From the NCBI RefSeq assembly GCF_000015945.1, contig NC_009033.1, positions 1,170,001 to 1,202,000 on the forward strand: a stretch of DNA of 32,000 bases, given 5' to 3'. Below are positions 17,008 to 27,000 of the stretch, one piece after another. Source of the DNA: Staphylothermus marinus F1. GTDB lineage: Archaea; Thermoproteota; Thermoprotei_A; Sulfolobales; Desulfurococcaceae. The notes beneath the pieces were generated by a model. It saw only the letters and a program-made list of their open reading frames with translations, was not told where the DNA came from and searched no databases. The first letter of the stretch is position 1. Each line of letters begins with the position of its first letter. The translations under genes and the position numbers were made by a program.

Positions 17008-18396
17008 TTGATTCGATGGAGACTTATTGCTTATTATTTAAGTAATATGCTTTATTTACTTGGTTTTTCCCAGATAGTTCCCATTATTTTCTCTATAATT
17101 GTTGGTGAGAGTATTGGGTTTATATTATTGTTAATATTTGATCTACTAATCATGGTCTCGTTAGCGTATATTCTGCGTAGAATAAGTTTTCTTGGAGAAA
17201 TAAATATTGTTGAAGCATATACTGTTATGGTTCTAGCATTTATTATACCCAGTTTTACATTTGCATTACCTGTTATGGTGTATAATGTAGACTTTATTAA
17301 TGCATTGTTTGAAGGAGCATCCGCTATTACAACAACTGGCTTATCAGCTCTTCCCCCTCATACACTCACTACTGGTGTGCATTTTCTACGATCATATTAT
17401 CAATGGCTAGGCGGTATAGGCATAGCATTATTAACTCTTTCATTTTTTCTCTCGCCGGGAACTGCAGCATACAATATATATGTAGCTCATTTAGGTAAGT
17501 ATAAGTTGAAACCATTAAGTATTTCAACCATAAAGATTATTGTTAAGATATACATTGCTTTTACGCTTCTCTACATATTCCTATATTTAGTCTCTGGAAC
17601 CCCGCTCTTAGATGCAGTTTTAAATTCTCTAACAACTATTAGTACTGGAGGTTTTTCACGTATAAGCTCATTTAAGAATGGATCCATGTATATGGCATTA
17701 TTTTTAATGTTCATGAGTGCTCAGCCAATTGCTATATATTATTTTTTATTTAGAGGAAAACTACGAGAGATATTAAAAGATCCTCAGCTCAGCTGTTTCA
17801 TATTAATCTCAATTATAGGTTTTATAGCTGTATCCATTAGTGTCGGAAATATAAGTTCAGAGATTCTGTTCCAGGTTATTTCAGCTCTTTCAACTACTGG
17901 TTATTCTGCATTTGATAATAAATTGTTGAGTGAACCAGCCAAATTTATTCTATCTATTTTAATGATTATAGGTGCAGGCTTCGGCTCTACTGGTGGAGGC
18001 TTAAAACAATTAAGGATTATCATTATTTTTAAATCAATTACTGCAAATATTAAAAGACTCTATATGCCTAAAGATGCGGTTATCCCAGTTAAGATAAGGA
18101 ACAAAGTGGTATCTAGCTCAGAAATATTGTTTTCTTATACCCTTCTAGGCATGTATTTAATAGTCTTAATAGTTTCCACATATATTATATCACTATATGG
18201 TTACAGCATAGCTGATAGTTTTTTCGAGGCATCATCTGCTCTCGCAACTACAGGTCTAAGTGTCGGTATATCTAGTCCATCACTATCTTTTATACCAAAA
18301 ATTACATTAATCATCGACATGTGGCTGGGAAGAGTCGAGATAATTCCATTTATTATTGTTCTGACTAATTTATACTATAGTACTAAGAAAAGGTGA
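17008..18396 (+). CDS. trkH: TrkH/KtrB-family K+ transporter membrane subunit
   Basis: 462 aa. Repeated pore-loop motifs TTTGLS, TISTGGFS, LSTTGYS and ATTGLS. TTG start 7 nt after GGTGGT. Confidence 0.85.
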   Translation: MIRWRLIAYYLSNMLYLLGFSQIVPIIFSIIVGESIGFILLLIFDLLIMVSLAYILRRISFLGEINIVEAYTVMVLAFIIPSFTFALPVMVYNVDFINALFEGASAITTTGLSALPPHTLTTGVHFLRSYYQWLGGIGIALLTLSFFLSPGTAAYNIYVAHLGKYKLKPLSISTIKIIVKIYIAFTLLYIFLYLVSGTPLLDAVLNSLTTISTGGFSRISSFKNGSMYMALFLMFMSAQPIAIYYFLFRGKLREILKDPQLSCFILISIIGFIAVSISVGNISSEILFQVISALSTTGYSAFDNKLLSEPAKFILSILMIIGAGFGSTGGGLKQLRIIIIFKSITANIKRLYMPKDAVIPVKIRNKVVSSSEILFSYTLLGMYLIVLIVSTYIISLYGYSIADSFFEASSALATTGLSVGISSPSLSFIPKITLIIDMWLGRVEIIPFIIVLTNLYYSTKKR

Positions 18397-18400
18397 TTAA

Positions 18401-19051
18401 ATGAAGATAGTGATTGCTGGTGGAGGAGAGACTGGAGCTGAGCTAGCAGAGGCTTTGATCAAGGAAGAACACGATGTAGTTTTAATTGAAGCAGATGAGA
18501 AACGCGCTGAAGAACTTGCTGAGAAACTTGACTGCCTAGTTATTAAAGGAAATGCCGCTCATCCCTCGGTTCTAGAGGAGGCTGGCATAAAAGATACTGA
18601 TGTAATAGTGGCTTTAACAGGGAATGATCGAGATAACATAATTATTTCTTTGATAGCAAAATCGATTGGGGTCAAAAAGATCATTGTTAAAATACAGGAT
18701 CCAATATATAATGATCTATTGATTCATATGGGTATAAATGATATAATAAATCCTGGAAGACTTGTTGTAGTTCAAGCTTTGTCTATGCTTAAAGGATTTA
18801 ATATACTAAATATATCGACAATTGTACGTAGCAATATTAGGTTAGTGATAGCAAAAATACCTCCTGAATATGATGGTAAAAAGATAAATGAATTACCAAT
18901 AGATACGGAGAATGCACGAATATTGATCCTTTATCGTGGACGAGAAGCTTATTTCCCAAAGGATGATCTAGTAGTAAAATCTGATGATAGCATATTATTA
19001 GCAGTTAAAGCTAATTACTACGATGAAATCTCAAAGGTGTTGAAGATTTGA
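18401..19051 (+). CDS. trkA: TrkA/KtrA-type RCK (NAD-binding) regulatory subunit
   Basis: Rossmann motif KIVIAGGGETGAELAEAL plus a C-terminal TrkA_C-like domain. It starts 4 nt after trkH, with GGTGA upstream. Confidence 0.85.
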   Translation: MKIVIAGGGETGAELAEALIKEEHDVVLIEADEKRAEELAEKLDCLVIKGNAAHPSVLEEAGIKDTDVIVALTGNDRDNIIISLIAKSIGVKKIIVKIQDPIYNDLLIHMGINDIINPGRLVVVQALSMLKGFNILNISTIVRSNIRLVIAKIPPEYDGKKINELPIDTENARILILYRGREAYFPKDDLVVKSDDSILLAVKANYYDEISKVLKI

Positions 19052-19503
19052 AACCTATTCTCCTCGTAACATGCAAAGCCGGGAGCGAGAAGTGGTGTGA
19101 AGAAGAAATAGGTAATGTACTTTTCATACATGATCCAGATGTGAAGATTGTTCGAACAAAGTATCCGGGCTTACTATTAGTATATTCTAATCTTGATCCT
19201 TACAAAGCATACGTATATGCAGTATCCTCCGAGTATGGATATGTAAAGAATATAATACCTGTTCATATCCATGATAAATTCAGCCTTGAAAATATTGATA
19301 AAATTCTAGATATAGTAGGTGTTCGGGAAAGAATTAAGGTTAAGCTTAGAATAAGGGGTAAGCGAGGTTTAAGCAAGATTTTATGGAAGCATATAATGGA
19401 TCTTTTGAAAAGTAAAAACTCCGTCCACGATCCTAGATCTAACATGTGTCTATACATTGAGATTATAAATAATGATCTTTTTATTGGTAGAGCTAAGTGC
19501 TAA
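19048..19503 (+). CDS. Small THUMP-domain-like protein (putative RNA-binding)
   Basis: 151 aa with the pattern ILLVTCKAGSEKWCEEEIG ... VKNIIPV ... KVKLRIRGKRG ... LYIEII, resembling stand-alone archaeal THUMP proteins. It overlaps trkA by 4 nt. Confidence 0.5.
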   Translation: MKPILLVTCKAGSEKWCEEEIGNVLFIHDPDVKIVRTKYPGLLLVYSNLDPYKAYVYAVSSEYGYVKNIIPVHIHDKFSLENIDKILDIVGVRERIKVKLRIRGKRGLSKILWKHIMDLLKSKNSVHDPRSNMCLYIEIINNDLFIGRAKC

Positions 19504-19575
19504 GGTGGATAGTTCATTTTTTAAAGGAAATAACTATAAGTGAATAGTAGAGTGAAAGTTTGGGTGTTGTACTCA

Positions 19576-20829
19576 ATGATCTACGATGATAAACCTAGTA
19601 CATGGAAGATTATTGAGGAAGAACTAAACAAGCCGACTATTTTTAAGAGCAGAGAGAGCCTGACACCTGAATATATTCCTGATAATCTACCCCACCGTGA
19701 AAAAGAAATTAAAGCATTGGTTTCAGCATTTAAACATTTAATTACTAGTCCAGGTAGCTTCTCGCAGAGAGTGTTAATTGTTGGCAGTGTAGGAACTGGA
19801 AAAACCGTGACAGCCAGGGTTTTCGGAAGAGACTTTACAAGAGCCGCTAAGATTAAAGGATACAATATCAGGTATGTACATATAAACTGTCACCGTAACC
19901 GTACACTTTATAATGTTGTAACCGAAATAGCTAGGCAACTAGAAATACCTTTACCATCAAGAGGATTATCTGTTAAAGAAATGTATGATGCTATCCTAGG
20001 ATATCTTGATGAAAGTGATACTTATGCTATAGTTACTCTAGACGAATTCCATTACTTTGCAAGTATTGCGGGCAGTGATGCAGTATACTTTATCGTTAGA
20101 ACATATGATGATATAAATGCTAGTATAAAAAGACTAAACTTTATCTTTATATCTCTTGATACATCTAAGCTATCATTACTAGATAGCACTACTGAAAGCT
20201 ACTTATTAAGACACATGATTAAGCTTAAACCATATACTTCAAGTGAATTATTTGATATTTTAAAATATAGAGCCTCTCAAGCATTCTATGAAGGAATAGT
20301 TGACGATGAGATTCTAAGATTTATAGCTGATTATGAAGGTAGTGATCGCGGTGGCGGAGGAAACGCTAGACACGCGATCGAAATATTGTTGTTGGCTGGT
20401 GATATAGCTGAGAGTGAAGGAGCAGATAAAATACAGTTAGATCATGTACGTAAAGCTATTATGAAGACCTCTAGAGAAATTATAAACATATCAGAATCCA
20501 TCCTATATAGCCCCGTCCACGAACTAATAATTCTATGGGCGATTATAAGGCTTCTCCGTAGGACTGGGAGACCATTTGTTAAAATGGGCGAGGTGGAGAA
20601 GGAGTATGAAGTGCTCTGCGAAGTTCTAGGCGAACAACCACGTAGACATACACAGATCTATGAATACATTATGAATCTTAAGAAAGCCGGGGTTATAGAT
20701 GCTAGAACTAGTGGTAAGGGTTTACGGGGTAGAACAACGCTGATAAGCATTCATTATGGACCCCTTGATCTATTTGAGAAGCATGTTGAAGACCTAATAT
20801 ATAGGAGGCTTGGTGTTAGTAAGAGATGA
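19576..20829 (+). CDS. cdc6: Orc1/Cdc6 replication initiator
   Basis: LPHREKEI, Walker A GSVGTGKT, Walker B VTLDEFHY, sensor GGGGNARHAIEIL, and a C-terminal winged helix. ATG 19576 is preferred because GGGTG lies 9 nt upstream; the track start is GTG 19540. Confidence 0.9.
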   Translation: MIYDDKPSTWKIIEEELNKPTIFKSRESLTPEYIPDNLPHREKEIKALVSAFKHLITSPGSFSQRVLIVGSVGTGKTVTARVFGRDFTRAAKIKGYNIRYVHINCHRNRTLYNVVTEIARQLEIPLPSRGLSVKEMYDAILGYLDESDTYAIVTLDEFHYFASIAGSDAVYFIVRTYDDINASIKRLNFIFISLDTSKLSLLDSTTESYLLRHMIKLKPYTSSELFDILKYRASQAFYEGIVDDEILRFIADYEGSDRGGGGNARHAIEILLLAGDIAESEGADKIQLDHVRKAIMKTSREIINISESILYSPVHELIILWAIIRLLRRTGRPFVKMGEVEKEYEVLCEVLGEQPRRHTQIYEYIMNLKKAGVIDARTSGKGLRGRTTLISIHYGPLDLFEKHVEDLIYRRLGVSKR

Positions 20830-21026
20830 ACAATAAATCTAGGCAAATTATTTTAGATATACTAAAGAAATATAATGAATTAAATATAAGTAGACTTGTA
20901 CGATTAACAGGTTTACATTACAGAGTACTCGTAAAAGAGCTAAAAGAGCTTGTTGAAGAAGGATATGTTGAGGAGCGAAGATTTGGTAGGTTAAGATTAT
21001 TTAGGCTTAGAGAAAAGAAAAGCTAA
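20826..21026 (+). CDS. Small winged-helix-turn-helix protein
   Basis: 66 aa, ILDILKKYNELNISRLVRLTGLHYRVLVKELKELVEEGYVEERRFGRLRLFRL. Its ATG overlaps the cdc6 stop (ATGA), and GGTG lies 10 nt upstream. Confidence 0.6.
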   Translation: MNNKSRQIILDILKKYNELNISRLVRLTGLHYRVLVKELKELVEEGYVEERRFGRLRLFRLREKKS

Positions 21027-21032
21027 TTTAAA

Positions 21033-22304
21033 TTATCTCTTAAGTCTTCTATAATAAGCTAATACCTCACTACTCTTAGGTCCTGCAAGCCATTTAATCA
21101 TTTCCTCCGTTAATCCATAACCCAATGCGATTTTAGCCGCATATTTGGGAGCATGTGTAAATATTATTTTCAGGAAAGGTATAACATCTCTTTTAATAGT
21201 TGCTCTACTTGTTAATAGTCTAGGAGCCAGTGTCATTGCTATGCCTTCTCTAACTTCTCTACTTCTCTTAGTTTGTGCTAATAATTGTAATCTTTTTGGA
21301 GAACGAAATGCTTTCCACTTATACCTATATATTTTCCTAGCAAATGCTACTCCAGGCCCCATCATATCGAAAACATAGCTTAAAAGATCCCATGAACCAC
21401 TCTTCCGAATCCTACCCATGTATACGTCTGCTCTACTAAGTGCTTCATATGCTCTCCAAATCTCTTCTGGATCATCGTAATAGGTTGGTATGTGCTCGTT
21501 TATCCAGATCATCATTGTTTCATAATCTATGTTTGCCTGAGATATTGCAGATTTAGCTTGAAATATATATCTTGCATTAAACATTTTCTGTAATGCTTCG
21601 AATGGTGCATATTCTCTAGTCCTATACGCCGATAATTCCCTTACCCAGTTAAGAGTTACTCTGCCAAATCCTTCAGCTATTGCTTGTAGATCATTTATTG
21701 CACTCCTAAGATCTCCTTCGCTTCTCCGAGCTATTTCTCTTAAAGCTGCATCTTCGCATTCTAGTTTTTCGAGTTGACATATTCTTTTTAGAACTATTAT
21801 TACATCTCTCTCACTTAGTCTCTTAAAAGCAATCATTAATGAAGCGTCTCTGAGAGGCTTAAGTTTTTGATCCCAGGGGTTATTAGCCGTCATAACTACA
21901 GGGTAACGTGTTATTTCTAGTAAGTGTAGTATAGCATCTATAGCTCCTCTATCAGCTGTTCCGCTTATGCCATCGACCTCGTCCAATAATATGATTTTTC
22001 CACGGGCGAAAAGGCTTCTCATAAAAGCAGCTGTTTTAGCTATTCTCTCAATATCTTGTCTTCTCCTAAAATCACTAGCATTCATCTCTACTATTTCTAA
22101 GCCATACTCGTTAGCTGCTGCTTCGACTAGACTAGTTTTACCACAACCCGCCGGACCATATAGTAGAGCGGCTTTCTTCGATGGTTTGCCTTTAAGCCAT
22201 GATTCAAGCCATTGGATAAATTGTTTTTTAGCGGAATCCTGATTAACTACATCTGCGATTTTCTTTGGCCTATACTTTATTATCCATGGAATTCTACGGG
22301 GCAT
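21033..22304 (-). CDS. rfcL: Replication factor C large subunit
   Basis: [14 protein letters not shown], Walker [12 protein letters not shown], Walker B ILLDEVDG. It lies 20 nt downstream of rfcS. Confidence 0.9.
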   Translation of the reverse strand: MPRRIPWIIKYRPKKIADVVNQDSAKKQFIQWLESWLKGKPSKKAALLYGPAGCGKTSLVEAAANEYGLEIVEMNASDFRRRQDIERIAKTAAFMRSLFARGKIILLDEVDGISGTADRGAIDAILHLLEITRYPVVMTANNPWDQKLKPLRDASLMIAFKRLSERDVIIVLKRICQLEKLECEDAALREIARRSEGDLRSAINDLQAIAEGFGRVTLNWVRELSAYRTREYAPFEALQKMFNARYIFQAKSAISQANIDYETMMIWINEHIPTYYDDPEEIWRAYEALSRADVYMGRIRKSGSWDLLSYVFDMMGPGVAFARKIYRYKWKAFRSPKRLQLLAQTKRSREVREGIAMTLAPRLLTSRATIKRDVIPFLKIIFTHAPKYAAKIALGYGLTEEMIKWLAGPKSSEVLAYYRRLKR

Positions 22305-22324
22305 TCCGGATACCTTTGTTTAGT

Positions 22325-23314
22325 TTATGGTTTTAGTTTCTTTCCAAGGAATGCTAGCCTTGCTAGGAAAGCATTTAGCTGTATTTCATCATCAGCTCCT
22401 TCAACTAGTCTAAACTGTATTTCTCCTGCTAAGTCTGCTATAATTATTTTGAATTCATCTGGTATCTTGATATCTGTGCTGAATATTTCTCTATGAACCT
22501 GTTTAATAACGTCGACCCCGCTTAATCCATAATTGATCATTAGTTCTCTCAGCTTCTCGCGTGCATCGTTAAAGTTGCCTGCTAATGCTAACTGTATCAT
22601 TTGTCTTATTTCTCTGGGATGAGCTAATCCAACTACTTTATAGACGCTATCAACTGTTACCTTACCAAGTGCTGCAGCTGCTTGTAATATGTTGATTGCT
22701 CTCCTCATATCTCCCTCTGATAAATCATGTATTGCTTCCAGAGCTTCTTCATCTATCTCAACTTTCTCCTGTTCAGCTATCCATTTAAGCCTTGATATAA
22801 CATCTTCTTTTTTCAGCGGTGCAAACCTGAATACTGCGCATCGACTCTGGATTGGCTCAATTATTTTGCTTGGATAGTTAGCTATTAATATGAATCTTGT
22901 TGTTGCAGTATACATTTCCATAAGTCTACGAAGAGCTTGTTGTGCGTCTGCAGTCATATTGTCTGCTTCATCCAACAGGACTATTTTGAATGGAATATTA
23001 GCTGCAACCCTTGTTCTAGCGAATTCTTTTACCTTGCTACGTATAACATCTATCCCTCTCTCATCGCTAGCGTTCAGCTCCAACATGTATTGCCTATAGT
23101 TTTCTCCAAATAAGTCATGGGCTAAACAATGAGCAGCTGTAGTTTTACCAGTACCTGGAGGACCGGCGAATAGTAGGTGAGGCATATTTCTTTCCTTAAC
23201 AAACTGTTTGAGACGAGATACTATTTCTTCTTGATCAACTATTTCATCCAATGTTTTAGGCCTATACTTTTCAGCCCATAATAACTCAGCTATAACTTCT
23301 CGAGAGCTACTCAT
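22325..23314 (-). CDS. rfcS: Replication factor C small subunit
   Basis: WAEKYRPKTLDEIV, GPPGTGKTT, LLDEADNMT and QSRC. ATG 23314 is preferred because AGGTG lies upstream; the track start is GTG 23326. Confidence 0.92.
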   Translation of the reverse strand: MSSSREVIAELLWAEKYRPKTLDEIVDQEEIVSRLKQFVKERNMPHLLFAGPPGTGKTTAAHCLAHDLFGENYRQYMLELNASDERGIDVIRSKVKEFARTRVAANIPFKIVLLDEADNMTADAQQALRRLMEMYTATTRFILIANYPSKIIEPIQSRCAVFRFAPLKKEDVISRLKWIAEQEKVEIDEEALEAIHDLSEGDMRRAINILQAAAALGKVTVDSVYKVVGLAHPREIRQMIQLALAGNFNDAREKLRELMINYGLSGVDVIKQVHREIFSTDIKIPDEFKIIIADLAGEIQFRLVEGADDEIQLNAFLARLAFLGKKLKP

Positions 23315-23345
23315 ATGTTGACACACCTAACAAATATCTATGTCT

Positions 23346-23405
23346 GGGACAAACATATATTTGTACCCCACAACATGTTGTATGGGGGCCCCTTTTTAGG
23401 GGGCC
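23346..23405. promoter_or_regulatory. GC-rich structured element with a perfect 12-bp palindrome in the rfcS / gins-mcm divergent intergenic region
   Basis: GGGACAAACATATATTTGTACCCC / CCCCACAACATGTTGTATGGGG / GGCCCCTTTTTAGGGGGCC form three overlapping inverted repeats. ACAACATGTTGT (23370-23381) is a perfect palindrome. Confidence 0.4.
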
Positions 23406-23441
23406 TAGTTAAACTATTGGTTTAGAGGGGTGATTTAATTA

Positions 23442-24017
23442 TTGACAGGTATTCATACGGTTTTGGTTGATAAAATAATAGAGTTTATTATGAGAGATTT
23501 TATGGAGGAGGAGGTACGAGTAGAAGTTATAGGCGGTAATTTCAGGGTTTTAACACATGAGGGATTTATTGATCTAGTTAGAGGAGCCGAGTATAACTTG
23601 CCTAGATGGGTTGCTTACGAGTTATTGAAAAATGGGATCGTTAATATTAAGAGTGATGATATAAGTGTTGAGAAACTATCTAGTATAGCATACAACGAAG
23701 AATCAACCATTGGCCGTCCACAATTCGTAAAGGTTCCAAGATACTTCTACTTATTAATCAAAAAAGAAATAGAGGAAATACGTGAGAAGCTTAATAAAAA
23801 CGCTGACATCAACTTGTTACAAGAGCTTAAAACATATGAGGATCTAATCTATACAATTGGTAAGACACGTTTAAAGAAAATATTATATATTCTCTTATTA
23901 CCCCAAATCCCCCAGGATATTCTTGATAAACTAAGCGAGGAAGAAAAAACATTATTAAACCTGTTAAAGAGCTCTCTCGACGAGTGGATGAAGAGTCTGA
24001 GAATAGAAAAACATTAG
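23442..24017 (+). CDS. gins23: GINS subunit (Gins23-like)
   Basis: Sits directly upstream of mcm, as in Sulfolobus. GINS-like motifs NLPRWVAYELLKNG, TRLKKILYILL and LSEEEKTLLNLL. TTG start 7 nt after GAGGGGTGAT. Confidence 0.7.
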   Translation: MTGIHTVLVDKIIEFIMRDFMEEEVRVEVIGGNFRVLTHEGFIDLVRGAEYNLPRWVAYELLKNGIVNIKSDDISVEKLSSIAYNEESTIGRPQFVKVPRYFYLLIKKEIEEIREKLNKNADINLLQELKTYEDLIYTIGKTRLKKILYILLLPQIPQDILDKLSEEEKTLLNLLKSSLDEWMKSLRIEKH

Positions 24018-24056
24018 TTTAACTATAATATTTGTGTGTAGAGGAGGATATTCAAA

Positions 24057-27000
24057 TTGACATATACATTGGAAAAGGAAAAAACAGAACCAGATCTTGT
24101 AACAAGGTTTAAAAGGTTTCTATGGGATTTCAGAGATCGAAGAACAGGCATGTTTAAATACCGTGAAAGAATAAGCCATATGGCTCTAATGGGTCAGAGA
24201 AGCCTATTAATTGATTTCAACGACATAACATTGTTCGATAGAGGACTAGCACATATTATTGAAAACAATCCTGACACAGCCATAGAAGCAGCTAGTATAG
24301 CGATTAAGGAGCTAATGAGGAGAGAAAACCCAGAATATGCTGAGTCCGTAGATAAGTTTTATCCAAGATTCCGTAACCCAAGCAAAGTGTTAAGGATCAG
24401 GGAATTAACAAGCGAGTATATAGGGAAATTTGTCGCTGTAGAAGGTATATTGACTAGGCTGACAAGAGTTGAAGCTAGACTGGTTAAGGCTGTTTTTAAA
24501 CATGCAGAATGTGGAGCAGAGTTTGAATGGCCTGAAGAAGGAGAGATGGGGGAGAGAATAGAGAAGCCATCATACTGCCCTATATGTGGGAAAACAGGTA
24601 AGTTCCAGTTATTATTGAATAAGTCTAGATTTATTGATTGGCAAAAAATAGTTGTACAAGAAAAACCAGAAGAAATCCCTCCTGGCCAGATCCCAAGAAG
24701 TATTGAGGTTGTTCTTACCGGTGATCTAGTGGATTCAGCGAGACCTGGTGATAGAGTCTTAGTAACAGGGATACTACGAGTTATGCCCACAAGCTCTGTG
24801 CAGAGAGGTATTGGTAAATCCGTTTTTGGATTCTATCTCGAAGCAAACTATGTTGATGTTCAACAGAAAGTATTGGAGGAAATAGAGATAACGCGTGAGG
24901 ATGAGGACAAAATAAAGGAGTTGGCAAGAGATCCATGGATCAGGGAGAAAATTATAGCAAGCATTGCACCAGCCATTTATGGTCATTGGAACATTAAGGA
25001 AGCAATAGCATTGTTGCTTTTCGGAGGAGTACCTAAATTATTACCTGATGGAACAAGAATACGTGGAGACATACATATATTATTAGTAGGAGACCCAGGT
25101 ACTGCTAAATCCCAAATGCTACAATATACTGCAAAAATCGCCCCCCGCGGAATATATACTAGCGGGAAAGGATCGACAGCTGCTGGTTTAACAGCAAGTG
25201 TTCTCAGAGATAAAGCAACAGGAGAATATTATCTCGAAGCTGGAGCATTGGTATTAGCTGATGGAGGAGTTGCATGTATAGATGAGATAGATAAAATGAG
25301 AGAAGAAGATCGAAGCGCAATACATGAAGCATTAGAACAGCAAAGTTATCATAAAGATTTCAAAATAATGTTGGCAGATGGTAGGAAGGTTAGGATTGGA
25401 GATTTAGTAGATGAGCTGATAGGTAAGAATAGGGAAAAAGTCATTAAGGGTAAGGATACCGAGATACTTTTCGTAGATGACTTATTCCTTCTCTCATACA
25501 ATATGCGTTCAGGAGAACAAGTGCTTGTAAAAGCAGATAGAGTAAGTAGGCATAAAGCACCTGATCAATTTATAAAGTTAAGATTTAGTAATGGAGCAGA
25601 AATAATCGTTACACCAGAACATCCAGTGCTGATAATTAATAATGGAAAAATCAAAACAGTTAGAGCTGATACAGTTCGTAAAGGCACTCTAACCATAGGT
25701 GTGCTAGGTCATAAAATTATTAAAGAAGTAAATGAAGATGACATAATCAATAATATTAGGAGAAAGATCGTATTAGATAAAGAACTTCCATATATTCATG
25801 CCAAAAACATTTCTGAAGCCGTTGAAATGCGTGATCAATTAATGAGTATAGATATACCAACCTTCATTGTTAAACATAAAAACGAGATAAGACTTTATCC
25901 ATCTGGTCCATGTTCTCTAAGAAGACTTCTATTAATGCATGGAGTTGAAGAAGTTGTTTTCAGCGATGAATTACTATATGAAATCATGAACTGCCATTTA
26001 TACCCAGCAACATGGTACGAGCTATTATACTCAATGGGATTAACCAAGATAGCTAAGGAACTAAATGTCTACGACTTTGAAATATTAGCAGGTATTATCA
26101 AAAAAGTTGAGAAAGAAGTAATTATGTTATCCCAGGTTCTCGGATTGAGAAATGAAACACAAACAGAACTGTTACATCTTAAATCACGTAGAGAACTTCT
26201 CATAAGACTTAAGGATAAACTAGACATGTTAAGGAAAAGATTAAAGGATCTTGAAGAAGCATTAGGTAAAGACGCTGTCATTAGAATGATTACTGATGTA
26301 GAAGTAATTAAGAATACGGATTCGGACTGGGTTTATGATATAACTATTGAACCCTACCACTTATTTGTCTCGGACGGTCTCATACTACATAATACTGTTA
26401 GTATTGCCAAAGCAGGCATCGTTGCCAGACTAAATGCTAGAGCATCTGTTCTCGCAGCTGGTAATCCGAAACTTGGAAGATACGATCACTCATTACCAGT
26501 AAGTAAAAACATTGATCTCCCACCACCTATTCTATCAAGATTTGACCTAATATTTATAGTTGAAGATATACCGGAGAAAACCAAAGATACCCTACTAGCT
26601 AAGCATATACTAGATATACATACAGACTATGAGAAAGCAAAACCATTAATCGATACTCAGCTCCTCAAAAAATACATTAGTTATGCAAGAAGATATATTA
26701 GGCCAAAACTAACACAAGAAGCTAAAAAATTGCTTCTAGACTTCTATGTAAACATGAGGCTTTCAGGTGTAAAAGCTAGTAAGGAAGGCCCACCAGCCAT
26801 AGCTATGACACCTAGACAATTAGAAGCATTAATCAGATTATCAGAAGCTCACGCAAAAATGGCTTTAAAAACTAAAGCAACAATTGAGGATGCTGAAGAA
26901 GCTATTCGTTTAATGTATTATAGTTTGAGAAAAGTAGGTTACGATGTTAAATCCGGCAGATTAGATATCGACCTAGTAGAACTAGGTGTTTCTAGAAGTA

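Noticed and set aside
19504-19575. Replication origin next to orc1/cdc6
   Set aside because: The spacer is only about 40-70 nt. I found no ORB or mini-ORB-like dyads (TCCA...GGAAA with a G-string) and no long AT-rich unwinding element here or in the other spacers of the island.
19581-24986. Antisense track ORFs within cdc6, rfcL, rfcS and mcm (for example 19581..19865, 21145..21378, 21967..22496, 22689..23099, 24359..24986)
   Set aside because: Each lies opposite a highly conserved, motif-rich replication gene. They are typical shadow ORFs of the long stop-free coding frames opposite.
26085-26115. ILAGIIKKVE in the intein as a LAGLIDADG motif
   Set aside because: It lacks the acidic catalytic residues and the Gly at the motif end, and no second motif is visible. 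I treat it as at most a relic.
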